Of a DNA stretch of 64,000 nt, positions 1-11,043 are shown piece after piece; positions within the stretch are counted from its first letter, which is position 1, and every line of letters starts with the position of its first letter. The DNA lies in the NCBI GenBank assembly GCA_965240325.2, contig OZ251225.1, positions 2,666,001 through 2,730,000 of the forward strand, read 5' to 3'. A program made the position numbers and the translations under genes. The stretch comes from Rebecca billardiae RCC1528. Taxonomy: Eukaryota; Protista; Haptophyta. The notes beneath the pieces are model-generated. The model ran no database searches. It was not told where the DNA came from and saw nothing but the letters and a program-made list of their open reading frames with translations.

Positions 1-1107
1 GATCTGAGCACAACCTATCCGATCCCGGACCTCGCGACCGCGACGGCGTCCATGAAGTCGCTCGGCTCGGGAGGGCATCCAAAGGGGTCCTCGATCTACC
101 AGCGGATGCACAACCCCAACGTCGCTCGCTTCGAGCAGGCGCTCGCGTCGCTCGAGGCCACCGACGAGGCGGTCGCGTTTGCGTCCGGCATGGCGGCCCT
201 CACCGCGGCGGTGCTGGCCGCGCGCACCAAGGACAAGAAGCACATCGTCGGCGTGCGCCCGCTGTACGCCGCGACGGACTCGCTGATCCTATGCGGCATG
301 CTTGACGTCGAGGTCTCGTGGGCCACGCCCGACACCGTCGCCCAGCACATCCGCGACGACACGTGCCTCGTGCTCTGCGAGTCTCCCGCCAACCCCACGT
401 GCACGATCATCGACATCGCGGCGGTGTGCAAGCAGGCGGGGGGCGTGCCCGTGCTGGTGGACTCCACGTTCGGCACGCCCGTTTGCCAGCAGCCCGCCAA
501 GCTCGGCGCGGCCATGGTCGTGCACTCGTGCACCAAGGCCATCGGCGGGCATGGCGACATCCTGGGCGGAGTTGTCGCGTGCGACGGCGAGTGGGGCAAG
601 AAGCTGCGACGCGTGCGCGCGCTCACCGGGGCCAACCTGCACCCGATGGCGGCGTACCAGCTGCACCGCGGTCTGCAGACGCTCCCAGTGCGCATGCGAG
701 CCGCCGAGCACTCCGCCATCGAGATCGCCAAGCGGCTGGCCTCGAGCCCGCACGTCGAGCGCGTGAGCTTCCCTGGCGCGAGCGGCGGTCCGACTGACAA
801 GCTCGTGGGCGCGGGGAAGCAGATGAGCGGGCCGGGAGCGATGATCGCGTTCGACCTCGCCGGAGGGTACGAGGCTGCGCGTGCGCTGATGAGCGCGGTG
901 CGCCTCGTCACCCCGGCCGTCAGCCTGGGCACGACGGATACCCTCATCCAGCACCCAGCGGGGATGACGCACACCAGCCTGCCGCAGGACGCCAAGGATG
1001 CCGGCGGGATCGGCCCCGGGCTGATCCGGCTGAGCGTGGGCCTGGAGGATGTGGAGGACATCTGGGATGACCTCGCGCAGGCACTCGAGGTGGGAGCCGG
1101 GAGCTGA
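1..1107 (+). CDS. PLP-dependent trans-sulfuration enzyme (cystathionine gamma-synthase / methionine gamma-lyase family), 5'-truncated by the window edge
   Basis: Frame is open from base 1 (DLSTTYP...). Motifs YQRMHNP, FASGMAA, ESPANP, VDSTF, HSCTK (PLP lysine), VSLG and IRLSVGLE. Confidence 0.9.
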   Translation, partial: DLSTTYPIPDLATATASMKSLGSGGHPKGSSIYQRMHNPNVARFEQALASLEATDEAVAFASGMAALTAAVLAARTKDKKHIVGVRPLYAATDSLILCGMLDVEVSWATPDTVAQHIRDDTCLVLCESPANPTCTIIDIAAVCKQAGGVPVLVDSTFGTPVCQQPAKLGAAMVVHSCTKAIGGHGDILGGVVACDGEWGKKLRRVRALTGANLHPMAAYQLHRGLQTLPVRMRAAEHSAIEIAKRLASSPHVERVSFPGASGGPTDKLVGAGKQMSGPGAMIAFDLAGGYEAARALMSAVRLVTPAVSLGTTDTLIQHPAGMTHTSLPQDAKDAGGIGPGLIRLSVGLEDVEDIWDDLAQALEVGAGS

Positions 1108-1765
1108 GGCGGCGGCGGAGGCGACGCGGGCACCTCGCTAGTGACTGCGATGATCTGTGCGCGCGGCCCGCCACTCGGCGCTCTGTTGCCAGGGTTGTCG
1201 GGGAGGAGCCCTGACTGCTGAGTGTCAGTGAGGCAGCAGGGCTGGTTGCTGCTGGTCGCGTGGGCCCGGGCGCCGCGCCGCTGGCAGCACCGCCATACAT
1301 CAGCCCAGGGCCCAGGCCGCCGCCAGGCTCAGCGCCGGCGGCGCAGCGCGCGCATCGCGCCGCCCGTCCCGTTACGGACGGCCCTGATGCCGCCTGGCGG
1401 GCTGGAGGTGCCCATCATGTGTGATGTGGCATGTGCCGCCCTGAGCTCGTCTGCGAAGTAGTGCGAGCGCGCGGCGATCTGCGATGACGATCGTCATCGT
1501 GCGCGCGCGACTTCACGGGTAGTGGCGCTTCAGGTTACGAAATGCCAGCCCGATCCGCTTTAATTATTAATACACCGGCCGAGCCGGCGCGGGTCAGCGG
1601 CTAACTGCTACAAGATTGCTGCGCCAGAAATAATAATATCGCGTATTATAATATATATATGTAATTATTTACGGAGGCTTGCGGCCCCCGATGCCATGAT
1701 GACTGATCGGTCCGCGGACTGCTACTCTAAGTTAAGGCTACTACTGACGACGACTGCACTTTAGA

Positions 1766-1767
<2 letters not shown>

Positions 1768-1843
<76 letters not shown>
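1768..1843. repeat. (TA)n microsatellite abutting the LTR element
   Basis: Seen directly. A short TA run resumes at 24382 on the far side of the element. Confidence 0.97.
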
Positions 1844-1847
<4 letters not shown>

Positions 1848-1850
<3 letters not shown>

Positions 1851-2156
1851 CAGGGAACGCGTCTTGAGGCATGACGGTCGAGGTCGCGTGACGAGCTTCG
1901 GCTCTTGTTTGCGGTGGTGAGCACAACGTGTTTTCGTGTGCTTGGGCTCATGTTTCGTTCATTTCAGAATTTTCTGGAATGCTTCGAGATGCCGCCGCAG
2001 CCATGCTGTCCTGCTGTATTTTAGGATGAGGTTCAGGTTGATTTTGGAGGATTTTGTGCGAGCGCCGCCGCAGCGGTCGCGCCGCCACTGTGTGACTGCG
2101 AGTAAAATGTTGGATTGGAAATTGGAAATCACTGTAGATTGGCGATTCCTTTGACA
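1848..2156 (-). repeat. 3' LTR (309 bp, TG...CA)
   Basis: Matches 22580-22702 plus 24196-24381 with no differences seen by eye. Confidence 0.93.
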
Positions 2157-2170
2157 CCCCCCCTCAATCC
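2157..2170 (-). other. Polypurine tract (GGATTGAGGGGGGG on the minus strand)
   Basis: Immediately precedes the 3' LTR on the minus strand. TTGAGGGGG is typical of Copia PPTs. Confidence 0.85.
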
Positions 2171-2421
2171 AATATGCGCTCGTCTGTGAGGACTAAGCTT
2201 GGATTATGAGTGATTTTGGGCTTGGTATTGTTTGTGCATCTGTGTGCATGAGTGAATTGGAGTCAGTAATGGTTGCCAATGCCAGGATACGGGTCATGTG
2301 CTGGGACTTCCGTGTGACGGTTTTGGGTAACCCGAGTCAGTCCTGGGCTTATTTGCACAATTTGTTCACTCTTTGGCCTTGATCTTGGACCTTGTTATTG
2401 GGTCATGCCCTGCCTTGATAG

Positions 2422-4033
2422 TTAATCATAGGCATCCGGAGCAGGAATATCCAGGAAATGGATACGCTCCTTGGGAAATTTGTTGGCTCCCTTGTTTTTG
2501 CCTTTGTTGTAATTGTCGGCCTTGGGGCGTAGCTCTGGGTGGAGCTTCCAACACTGCTGGGCAGTATGGTTCTTGAGACCACAGTGAGTGCACCGTTTGC
2601 CGGTGTCCGAGTTATTCGGCCCGCGCTCGCCATTGGCTGGAGCCTTTTGGGCCTGAGCGGCGAAGACTTCGGCGCCCTCAAAGTCACCGCGTCGCCGCGT
2701 GCCTTGCTGATAATCAGCATTTTGGCGTATCTTGGAATAGTTTTCGGTCTCTCTCCCCTTGGTATTGTTCTGATGGAGTAGCTTCATTGAGCCGTGCCGT
2801 TTGTAGGCATCTTCCATCTGGGCCATTATCTGGTCAGTGTTATCCACACATTGCTCGGGCGTGAGCGCTCCGAAGTGCGAGATAACTGACTCGTAGACTT
2901 GGGGATGGTCGTGCATGCTGTTATACAGCTTGAAGACCAACATCGTAGCATCGTCCAGATTCCCATATCGAGATGAGCGGACTTGCTCGACGGATTTCTT
3001 GATAATGTCCGATGCGCCAATGGGCGACACCTTTGTCGGGTATAACTTCAGGAATTCATCCCTGAGTTCGGACATAGTTGTGATCTTGAGCTCGCGCTCA
3101 AATATCTGTAGCAGCAGCGCCAGATCCAAGTAGTTCTTGGTCGGATCGCTGATGTGCAGCTTCGATTCCAGATAGGCGAATAACTGAGGCTCAATAGAGT
3201 CCTTCAGCTGCTTGAATATCGCTGCCGCAGATCGATCGTAGACCGATCCGATCTTGTTGGCGTCAGCGTTGTCAGCCTTGTATGGATCGATTTTGGCTGC
3301 GTCTTTCACCCATTTGTCTTTGGCAATGAGTTGAAAGCCGGATAGCTTGCTATCCTTGGGCTCCATTATGTCAGGTGTGACATCTGAGGATTTGCCCTTG
3401 TAGTAGGTGCTCACTTCTGCGAGTGCATCCCGTATCGCGCTGTGTACCGCGCGCTTGGATTTCAAAGCCGACTGTGTCAGCTTGTATGTGGCGGGTGTAT
3501 CCACTCCTGCCGAGGATTCGCGTGCCATGAACACACGTTCCTTCTTGTTTTGATTAGAGTCTGTGACTCCTCCTTCGATGACTATCCAGTCACGTTTCTT
3601 CGACTCAAGTGCATTGGTCGATATGTCGCGCGCGCTCTGTGGCGATTCGCGCTCTACCTTCGAGCGAGGAGTGACCCTCGTCGAGGCTGTGGTGCCTTCT
3701 TTGGGCTTCTTCACGCTCGTTCTGTCCAGCGGAGATGCATGCGCATCCGCGGCAGCTTCGGCGGAATACTCTTCCTTGCAAGAGTGTGGCGTTGTGATGG
3801 CTGACGCAGCTGATGCATGCGCACGCGCGTCGCGCTCGCCAACTTGGTTTTGCTGCGGCTTTGCCGTCAAGCAGGTGTATGATGCCCCCCCTGCATCGTA
3901 TGCGCTTCCTACGTTCGACGCGAGTCGATACGTGCCAGACGAGGACTCTGCCGTCTCTGCGGCGGTCATCTCGCGGCTGCTTGTGTCGCTCGTGGCGAGC
4001 AGCTCGGCTTCGGAAGCCATCGTGAGGCTTGTA
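2422..4033 (-). CDS. gag: Gag-like protein with a C-terminal CX2CX4HX4C zinc knuckle; 5' part cut off by the insertion train
   Basis: CTHCGLKNHTAQQC at about 2550-2593, preceded by a helical region, inside the LTR pair. ORF-track residues upstream of 4035 come from element X. Confidence 0.8.
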
Positions 4034-4035
4034 TA

Positions 4036-4825
4036 GGGACCCACAAATTTAGTTGCCGGCTGCAGCAGGCACGACTTTGTCTCAGCCCGCACGCCCGCTA
4101 CGCGCCGACCCGGGCAGAGCCCATCCGCCCGCGCATGCACCAGGCCCAGCCGCGTCAGTACATACCCACCCGGCCGCGGCACCCGCGCTCTGTGCGCCAC
4201 GGTGTCGATGCGCCCGGCAGTCGGTGCGCATGCACGAGCCAGCCGGCGGGCAGCTACGGGCTGGTTTTCGGCGTGGAGCGCGGTCGTGTGAGCTGCATTA
4301 ATTCAGCTGACCCCCGGCTTTTGTGCATTCGGGAGTCGTGCTGCTACGGTGGGCGTGCCACGCGCCAACTCGACGCTGGCAAAATTAGGCGACGAAAGTG
4401 CACGCGCAGCCACACGCAGCCCATATTGATGCTCTCGGAGCAGGCTCGGGCATGCACTCGATCGGCTCTGGCTGACGGCAGCGCCAAGCTGGCGGCGCGG
4501 CGCGAGGGTGCATGCGTGGCGTGGGCGGAGCTACGTCGCACACGCACCGCGCGGCGCGCGGCTCAGCGCACGGAGGCTGCCGACAGCCGGCGGCACGCAG
4601 GCAGGTCTGCTCGCCGCCAGTCGAGCTCGCCGGCCGCCGGGTACCAAACGTCAACCCAGGATGCACAGCCACGCCTATTTGCGAGGACTCGAGCAATCGG
4701 GTCCGGGCGCACCTCATGTGCACGGCAGTGGAGTGGGCCAAGTACGCCCCTGGTATGGTGGCGCGCCGCTGCTTTGCTGCGCTGATATGGCGAACAATGT
4801 CGGGAGGCTTAAACTTGTGAGGGAC
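4036..4825. mobile_element. Element X copy 1: 790-bp non-autonomous TA-flanked element with imperfect inverted termini
   Basis: TA|GGGACCCACAAATTTAG ... CTTAAACTTGTGAGGGAC|TA (13/19 inverted match including TA). Directly repeated at 20824-21613. Confidence 0.72.
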
Positions 4826-4832
4826 TAAGTGA

Positions 4833-6928
4833 GCAGCCTCGGCTGAGGCCGTGAGCTGCCGTAGGCTGATCTGACCCGACAAAAGTCGGCGCGCGAGCGC
4901 GCGCGCGCGCGGCGCGGCGCCGCCCCGCTGGCACGTGGGCTCGGTGTGCCTGGGCCGCGCCGAGTGCCCCGCACCCGGATCTCGCCCAGCTAGCTCGTCC
5001 TCGCCGCGCTCTGAGGCCCCCGTAGCAGTCGTAGCTGCTCGCCGCCGCCGCAGATCGTGAAGACCAGCTGCTGTCAGCTGCTCGCTCTGAGCCGGGACAT
5101 GGGGCCGCGTGGAGGAGACGCCGTGCGGCCGGGCGCGCGCGTGCGCGTCGAGCGGCACCCGGGCGCACTGCTCACGTGTCGGCGCGCCCGCCCGGCGCGC
5201 GCATCATCGCTCAGTCGCGCCGCTCTGCTGAGCTAGCCGCCGCTGGTCGCAGCCGTCGGCTGAGGCCGTGAGCTGCCGTAAGCTGATCTGACCCGACAAA
5301 AGTCGGCGCGCGAGCGCGCGCGCGCGGCGCGCCGCGCCACCTCGCTGGCACGTGGGCTCGGTGCGCCTGGGCCGCGCCGAGCGTCCCGCACCCCGATCGC
5401 GCCCAGCCCGCGCGTCCTCGCCGCGCTCTGAGGTCCCCGTAGCAGTCGTAGCTGCTCGCCGCCGCCGCAGATCGTGAAGACCAGTTGCTGTCAGCTGCTC
5501 GCTCTGAGCCGGGACATGGGGCCGCGAGGAGGAGGCGCCGTGCGGCCGGGCGCGCGCGTGCGCGTCGAGCGGCCCCGGGGCGCACTGCTCACGCGTCGGC
5601 GTGCCCGCCCGGCGCGCGCATCATCGCTCAGTCGCGCCGCTCTGCTGAGCTAGCCGCCGCTGGTCGCAGCCGTCGGCTGAGGCCGTGAGCTGCCGTCAGC
5701 TGATCTGACCCGACAAAAGTCGGCGCGAGCGCGCGCGCGCGCGCGGCGCCGCGCCGCCCCGCTGGCACGTGGGCTCGGTGTGCCTGGGCCACGCAGAGCA
5801 CCCCGCACCCGGATCTCGCCCAGCTAGCTCGTCCTCGCCGCGCTCTGAGGCCCCCGTAGCAGTCGTAGCTGCTCGCCGCCGCCGCAGATCGTGAAGACCA
5901 GCTGCTGTCAGCTGCTCGCTCTGAGCCGGGACATGGGGCCGCGAGGAGGAGGCGCCGTGCGGCCGGGCGCGCGCGTGCGCGTCGAGCGGCCCCGGGGCGC
6001 ACTGCTCACGCGTCGGCGTGCCCGCCCGGCGCGCGCATCATCGCTCAGTCGCGCCGCTCTGCTGAGCTAGCCGCCGCTGGTCGCAGCCGTCGGCTGAGGC
6101 CGTGAGCTGCCGTCAGCTGATCTGACCCGACAAAAGTCGGCGCGAGCGCGCGCGCGCGCGCGGCGCCGCGCCGCCCCGCTGGCACGTGGGCTCGGTGTGC
6201 CTGGGCCACGCAGAGCACCCCGCACCCGGATCTCGCCCAGCTAGCTCGTCCTCGCCGCGCTCTGAGGCCCCCGTAGCAGTCGTAGCTGCTCGCCGCCGCC
6301 GCAGATCGTGAAGACCAGCTGCTGTCAGCTGCTCGCTCTGAGCCGGGACATGGGGCCGCGAGGAGGAGGCGCCGTGCGGCCGGGCGCGCGCGTGCGCGTC
6401 GAGCGGCCCCGGGGCGCACTGCTCACGCGTCGGCGTGCCCGCCCGGCGCGCGCATCATCGCTCAGTCGCGCCGCTCTGCTGAGCTAGCCGCCGCTGGTCG
6501 CAGCCGTCGGCTGAGGCCGTGAGCTGCCGTAGGCTGATCTGACCCGACAAAAGTCGGCGCGCGAGCGCGCGCGCGCGCGCGGCGCGGCGCCGCCCCGCTG
6601 GCACGTGGGCTCGGTGTGCCTGGGCCGCGCCGAGTGCCCCGCACCCCGATCTCGCCCAGCTAGCTCGTCCTCGCCGCGCTCTGAGGCCCCCGTAGCAGTC
6701 GTAGCTGCTCGCCGCCGCCGCAGATCGTGAAGACCAGTTGCTGTCAGCTGCTCGCTCTGAGCCGGGACATGGGGCCGCGTGGAGGAGGCGCCGTGCGGCC
6801 GGGCGCGCGCGCGCGCGTCGAGCGGCCCCGGGGCGCACTGCTCACGCGTCGGCGTGCCCGCCCGGCGCGCACATCATCGCTCAGTCGCGCCGCTCTGCTG
6901 AGCTAGCCGCCGCTGGTCGCAGCCGTCG
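4833..6928. repeat. Tandem array of five ~417-bp GC-rich units inside T copy 1
   Basis: AAAAGTCGG recurs at 4881, 5298, 5715, 6132 and 6549. Units differ by SNPs; units 3 and 4 look identical. Confidence 0.95.
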
Positions 6929-7044
6929 TGAGACGTGACGTTAGACGTAGAGTAAGCTATAGCCTATAGGCTGATATGATATGACTCGAGATCTACTATA
7001 CTGAGCAGCTAATAAACTATACCATCATTGTCCGACACTGCTCT

Positions 7045-8346
7045 TCAGCGCACGCGCTGCTCACCCTTGGTCTCGACGCAGTCCTGCAGCCGACGCCGAT
7101 AGGATTTGAACAGCGCCTGGATGAACTTCTTGTCGTTCCGTACCTCCTCGAACTTAGCCTTCACCACCTCCTCGAACTCCTTGAAGGTTGGCCGCTGCTT
7201 GCTCGGGTTGTCGGTGCACCACTTGTGCTTCCATGCGTTGAGAAGCTGCTCCACGCGCGCCCAGACATGCTCAATGAGCGACAAGTCGGCGCTGTTCGGC
7301 GGCCAGCTACGGCCCGGCTGACCCTCGGTCGACTTGGGGCCAAGGTGTCCCTCGGGGCCAAACCGCTCGTCGAGCCATTGGCGCACAGCCAGCGCCGTGT
7401 GGGGTGAGGCACTGTCCTGCTGGAAGATCATCTGTCTGATGAAGTTGCCGAAGAGCGCCTGGGCCTCCTTGTCCAGGAAAGGCAGCACGTCGTTCAGGTA
7501 CTCCTTCCAGCACACGCCACGGCACTGCTTGCCGCGACCATTCTCATGCGTGCGGCCGTGAGTGCCCGTGGCAAAATAGAGCGGCGTGATGCCGCGAGAG
7601 CAGGCGCCGGCGTAGCCATGGATCACGCAGTCACCTGCCTGGACCTGGTTCAGCTTGCGCTTGGGCTCGTCACGCAGCGTCCACGACATCACCGTGCTCC
7701 GGTTCGTGACGTCGAACTTGAAGTACTTCGAGTCGGTGAAGAACAGCCTGTCAACCATCGCCTTGACTCTCTGCAGCCACCGTGCGAACGCCACCCGCTT
7801 CTTCGCCTGCTGAGCCGTGATCTGCTTCCTCACCTTGAGCGGCTCCCAATCCATCTTCTTCCGCGCCGCGCGGCGTAGCGTCTCGTCGGAGACGTCGAGC
7901 GCGGACGCATCGAGCGATCCAGCACCGACGGCGCGGCACGCAGCCTTCCGCACACTCTGACCAGCCGGCCCGGCGCTGAGCTCGGACGTAAGCGCCGCCT
8001 GCGCCTTGGCACTGAGGCGTGGGCGTGGACCGCGCTTCGGCTTCCCGTCAGCATCGATGTGCCAGCCCTCCGTGTGCCAGTCCATGAACCACTTCTTCAT
8101 CGTCTTCTCGGTGACCTCGGCCGACCGCGCCGCCCTCTGGAAAGCTGAGGCCAACGGAGAGCCTTCATTGAGGCACAGCACGCACGCGCCGATCGCATGG
8201 TGAAACCTCTCCGCAGGGCCCAGGGCCTTCGGGTTGTAATCCAGAGCAATACACTCCCGCGATACCCGCCTGTTCGGAGCGTAGCCGACGCGGTGGGCGC
8301 CTTTGCGCCCGCGCCGATCTTTGGGCGCGGTCGGCGCGCGGCCCAT
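7045..8346 (-). CDS. IS630/Tc1/mariner transposase, 433 aa (DD47E)
   Basis: FFTDSK (D1), FQQDSASPH (D2) and WPPNSADLSLIEHVW (E) correspond to Tc1 FTDE, QQDNA.H and WP.SPDLNPIE.W. Basic/HTH-like N-terminus. Confidence 0.93.
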   Translation of the reverse strand: MGRAPTAPKDRRGRKGAHRVGYAPNRRVSRECIALDYNPKALGPAERFHHAIGACVLCLNEGSPLASAFQRAARSAEVTEKTMKKWFMDWHTEGWHIDADGKPKRGPRPRLSAKAQAALTSELSAGPAGQSVRKAACRAVGAGSLDASALDVSDETLRRAARKKMDWEPLKVRKQITAQQAKKRVAFARWLQRVKAMVDRLFFTDSKYFKFDVTNRSTVMSWTLRDEPKRKLNQVQAGDCVIHGYAGACSRGITPLYFATGTHGRTHENGRGKQCRGVCWKEYLNDVLPFLDKEAQALFGNFIRQMIFQQDSASPHTALAVRQWLDERFGPEGHLGPKSTEGQPGRSWPPNSADLSLIEHVWARVEQLLNAWKHKWCTDNPSKQRPTFKEFEEVVKAKFEEVRNDKKFIQALFKSYRRRLQDCVETKGEQRVR

Positions 8347-8831
8347 CAGCCGCCGCCGGCTGCTTGGCCACGACCGAAGATGAGTGCACGTTACGTCCCG
8401 AGCCGCCCAAAGTTGATCTTACAGCTGACGAAGCGGTGTGGCCTCTATTCGAACTCGTTCCGTCCATGGCGAGCGCCCCATCGACGCAGCCGCCGCGTGC
8501 GCTGGGGCCGCACGCCCTCGCGGATGTGCGCTGGGCACGAGCTCGGCGCCACGGGTTGAGCTCGTCGAGCTATGACAAGCGGCGTGGCGCAAGTCCAACC
8601 CAGTGGAGGCCCCAACTGCCGGCCCCGCCGCCGCGCGGGAGCGTCCGATTAACCTCAGCTGCTCTGCGCAAGATGTGGGCTCCTGTGCCCCACCAACTCG
8701 CCGGAGGCGGACGACGCGCTGGGATCGCTGCACGGCGGGAATATCCCCGACCCATGTGGACCGACGCCGGCCTCGCTCGCCGTCGCCCTCGCCCTCGTTC
8801 CGACTTTTCTACTACCTGCTCACTTAAGTGA

Positions 8832-10927
8832 GCAGCCTCGGCTGAGGCCGTGAGCTGCCGTAGGCTGATCTGACCCGACAAAAGTCGGCGCGCGAGCGCG
8901 CGCGCGCGCGGCGCGGCGCCGCCCCGCTGGCACGTGGGCTCGGTGTGCCTGGGCCGCGCCGAGTGCCCCGCACCCGGATCTCGCCCAGCTAGCTCGTCCT
9001 CGCCGCGCTCTGAGGCCCCCGTAGCAGTCGTAGCTGCTCGCCGCCGCCGCAGATCGTGAAGACCAGCTGCTGTCAGCTGCTCGCTCTGAGCCGGGACATG
9101 GGGCCGCGTGGAGGAGACGCCGTGCGGCCGGGCGCGCGCGTGCGCGTCGAGCGGCACCCGGGCGCACTGCTCACGTGTCGGCGCGCCCGCCCGGCGCGCG
9201 CATCATCGCTCAGTCGCGCCGCTCTGCTGAGCTAGCCGCCGCTGGTCGCAGCCGTCGGCTGAGGCCGTGAGCTGCCGTAAGCTGATCTGACCCGACAAAA
9301 GTCGGCGCGCGAGCGCGCGCGCGCGGCGCGCCGCGCCACCTCGCTGGCACGTGGGCTCGGTGCGCCTGGGCCGCGCCGAGCGTCCCGCACCCCGATCGCG
9401 CCCAGCCCGCGCGTCCTCGCCGCGCTCTGAGGTCCCCGTAGCAGTCGTAGCTGCTCGCCGCCGCCGCAGATCGTGAAGACCAGTTGCTGTCAGCTGCTCG
9501 CTCTGAGCCGGGACATGGGGCCGCGAGGAGGAGGCGCCGTGCGGCCGGGCGCGCGCGTGCGCGTCGAGCGGCCCCGGGGCGCACTGCTCACGCGTCGGCG
9601 TGCCCGCCCGGCGCGCGCATCATCGCTCAGTCGCGCCGCTCTGCTGAGCTAGCCGCCGCTGGTCGCAGCCGTCGGCTGAGGCCGTGAGCTGCCGTCAGCT
9701 GATCTGACCCGACAAAAGTCGGCGCGAGCGCGCGCGCGCGCGCGGCGCCGCGCCGCCCCGCTGGCACGTGGGCTCGGTGTGCCTGGGCCACGCAGAGCAC
9801 CCCGCACCCGGATCTCGCCCAGCTAGCTCGTCCTCGCCGCGCTCTGAGGCCCCCGTAGCAGTCGTAGCTGCTCGCCGCCGCCGCAGATCGTGAAGACCAG
9901 CTGCTGTCAGCTGCTCGCTCTGAGCCGGGACATGGGGCCGCGAGGAGGAGGCGCCGTGCGGCCGGGCGCGCGCGTGCGCGTCGAGCGGCCCCGGGGCGCA
10001 CTGCTCACGCGTCGGCGTGCCCGCCCGGCGCGCGCATCATCGCTCAGTCGCGCCGCTCTGCTGAGCTAGCCGCCGCTGGTCGCAGCCGTCGGCTGAGGCC
10101 GTGAGCTGCCGTCAGCTGATCTGACCCGACAAAAGTCGGCGCGAGCGCGCGCGCGCGCGCGGCGCCGCGCCGCCCCGCTGGCACGTGGGCTCGGTGTGCC
10201 TGGGCCACGCAGAGCACCCCGCACCCGGATCTCGCCCAGCTAGCTCGTCCTCGCCGCGCTCTGAGGCCCCCGTAGCAGTCGTAGCTGCTCGCCGCCGCCG
10301 CAGATCGTGAAGACCAGCTGCTGTCAGCTGCTCGCTCTGAGCCGGGACATGGGGCCGCGAGGAGGAGGCGCCGTGCGGCCGGGCGCGCGCGTGCGCGTCG
10401 AGCGGCCCCGGGGCGCACTGCTCACGCGTCGGCGTGCCCGCCCGGCGCGCGCATCATCGCTCAGTCGCGCCGCTCTGCTGAGCTAGCCGCCGCTGGTCGC
10501 AGCCGTCGGCTGAGGCCGTGAGCTGCCGTAGGCTGATCTGACCCGACAAAAGTCGGCGCGCGAGCGCGCGCGCGCGCGCGGCGCGGCGCCGCCCCGCTGG
10601 CACGTGGGCTCGGTGTGCCTGGGCCGCGCCGAGTGCCCCGCACCCCGATCTCGCCCAGCTAGCTCGTCCTCGCCGCGCTCTGAGGCCCCCGTAGCAGTCG
10701 TAGCTGCTCGCCGCCGCCGCAGATCGTGAAGACCAGTTGCTGTCAGCTGCTCGCTCTGAGCCGGGACATGGGGCCGCGTGGAGGAGGCGCCGTGCGGCCG
10801 GGCGCGCGCGCGCGCGTCGAGCGGCCCCGGGGCGCACTGCTCACGCGTCGGCGTGCCCGCCCGGCGCGCACATCATCGCTCAGTCGCGCCGCTCTGCTGA
10901 GCTAGCCGCCGCTGGTCGCAGCCGTCG
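8832..10927. repeat. 5 x 417-bp array in T copy 2
   Basis: Same unit order and variants as copy 1. Confidence 0.93.
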
Positions 10928-11043
10928 TGAGACGTGACGTTAGACGTAGAGTAAGCTATAGCCTATAGGCTGATATGATATGACTCGAGATCTACTATAC
11001 TGAGCAGCTAATAAACTATACCATCATTGTCCGACACTGCTCT

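Larger units (their letters stand above)
4828..8824 (-). mobile_element. IS630/Tc1/mariner DNA transposon T, copy 1 (3997 bp)
   Basis: TA|AGTGAGCAG...CTGCTCACT|TA, with a DDE transposase ORF. Confidence 0.93.

Noticed and set aside
2171-2421. pol/RNase H remnant before the PPT
   Set aside because: No ADxxTK, YVDD or protease motif found in the frames inspected.
8821-8830. TTAA between T copies suggesting a piggyBac element
   Set aside because: The outer junctions are CTAA and TTAG, not TTAA. The transposase is Tc1-like and a TA TSD fits all junctions.
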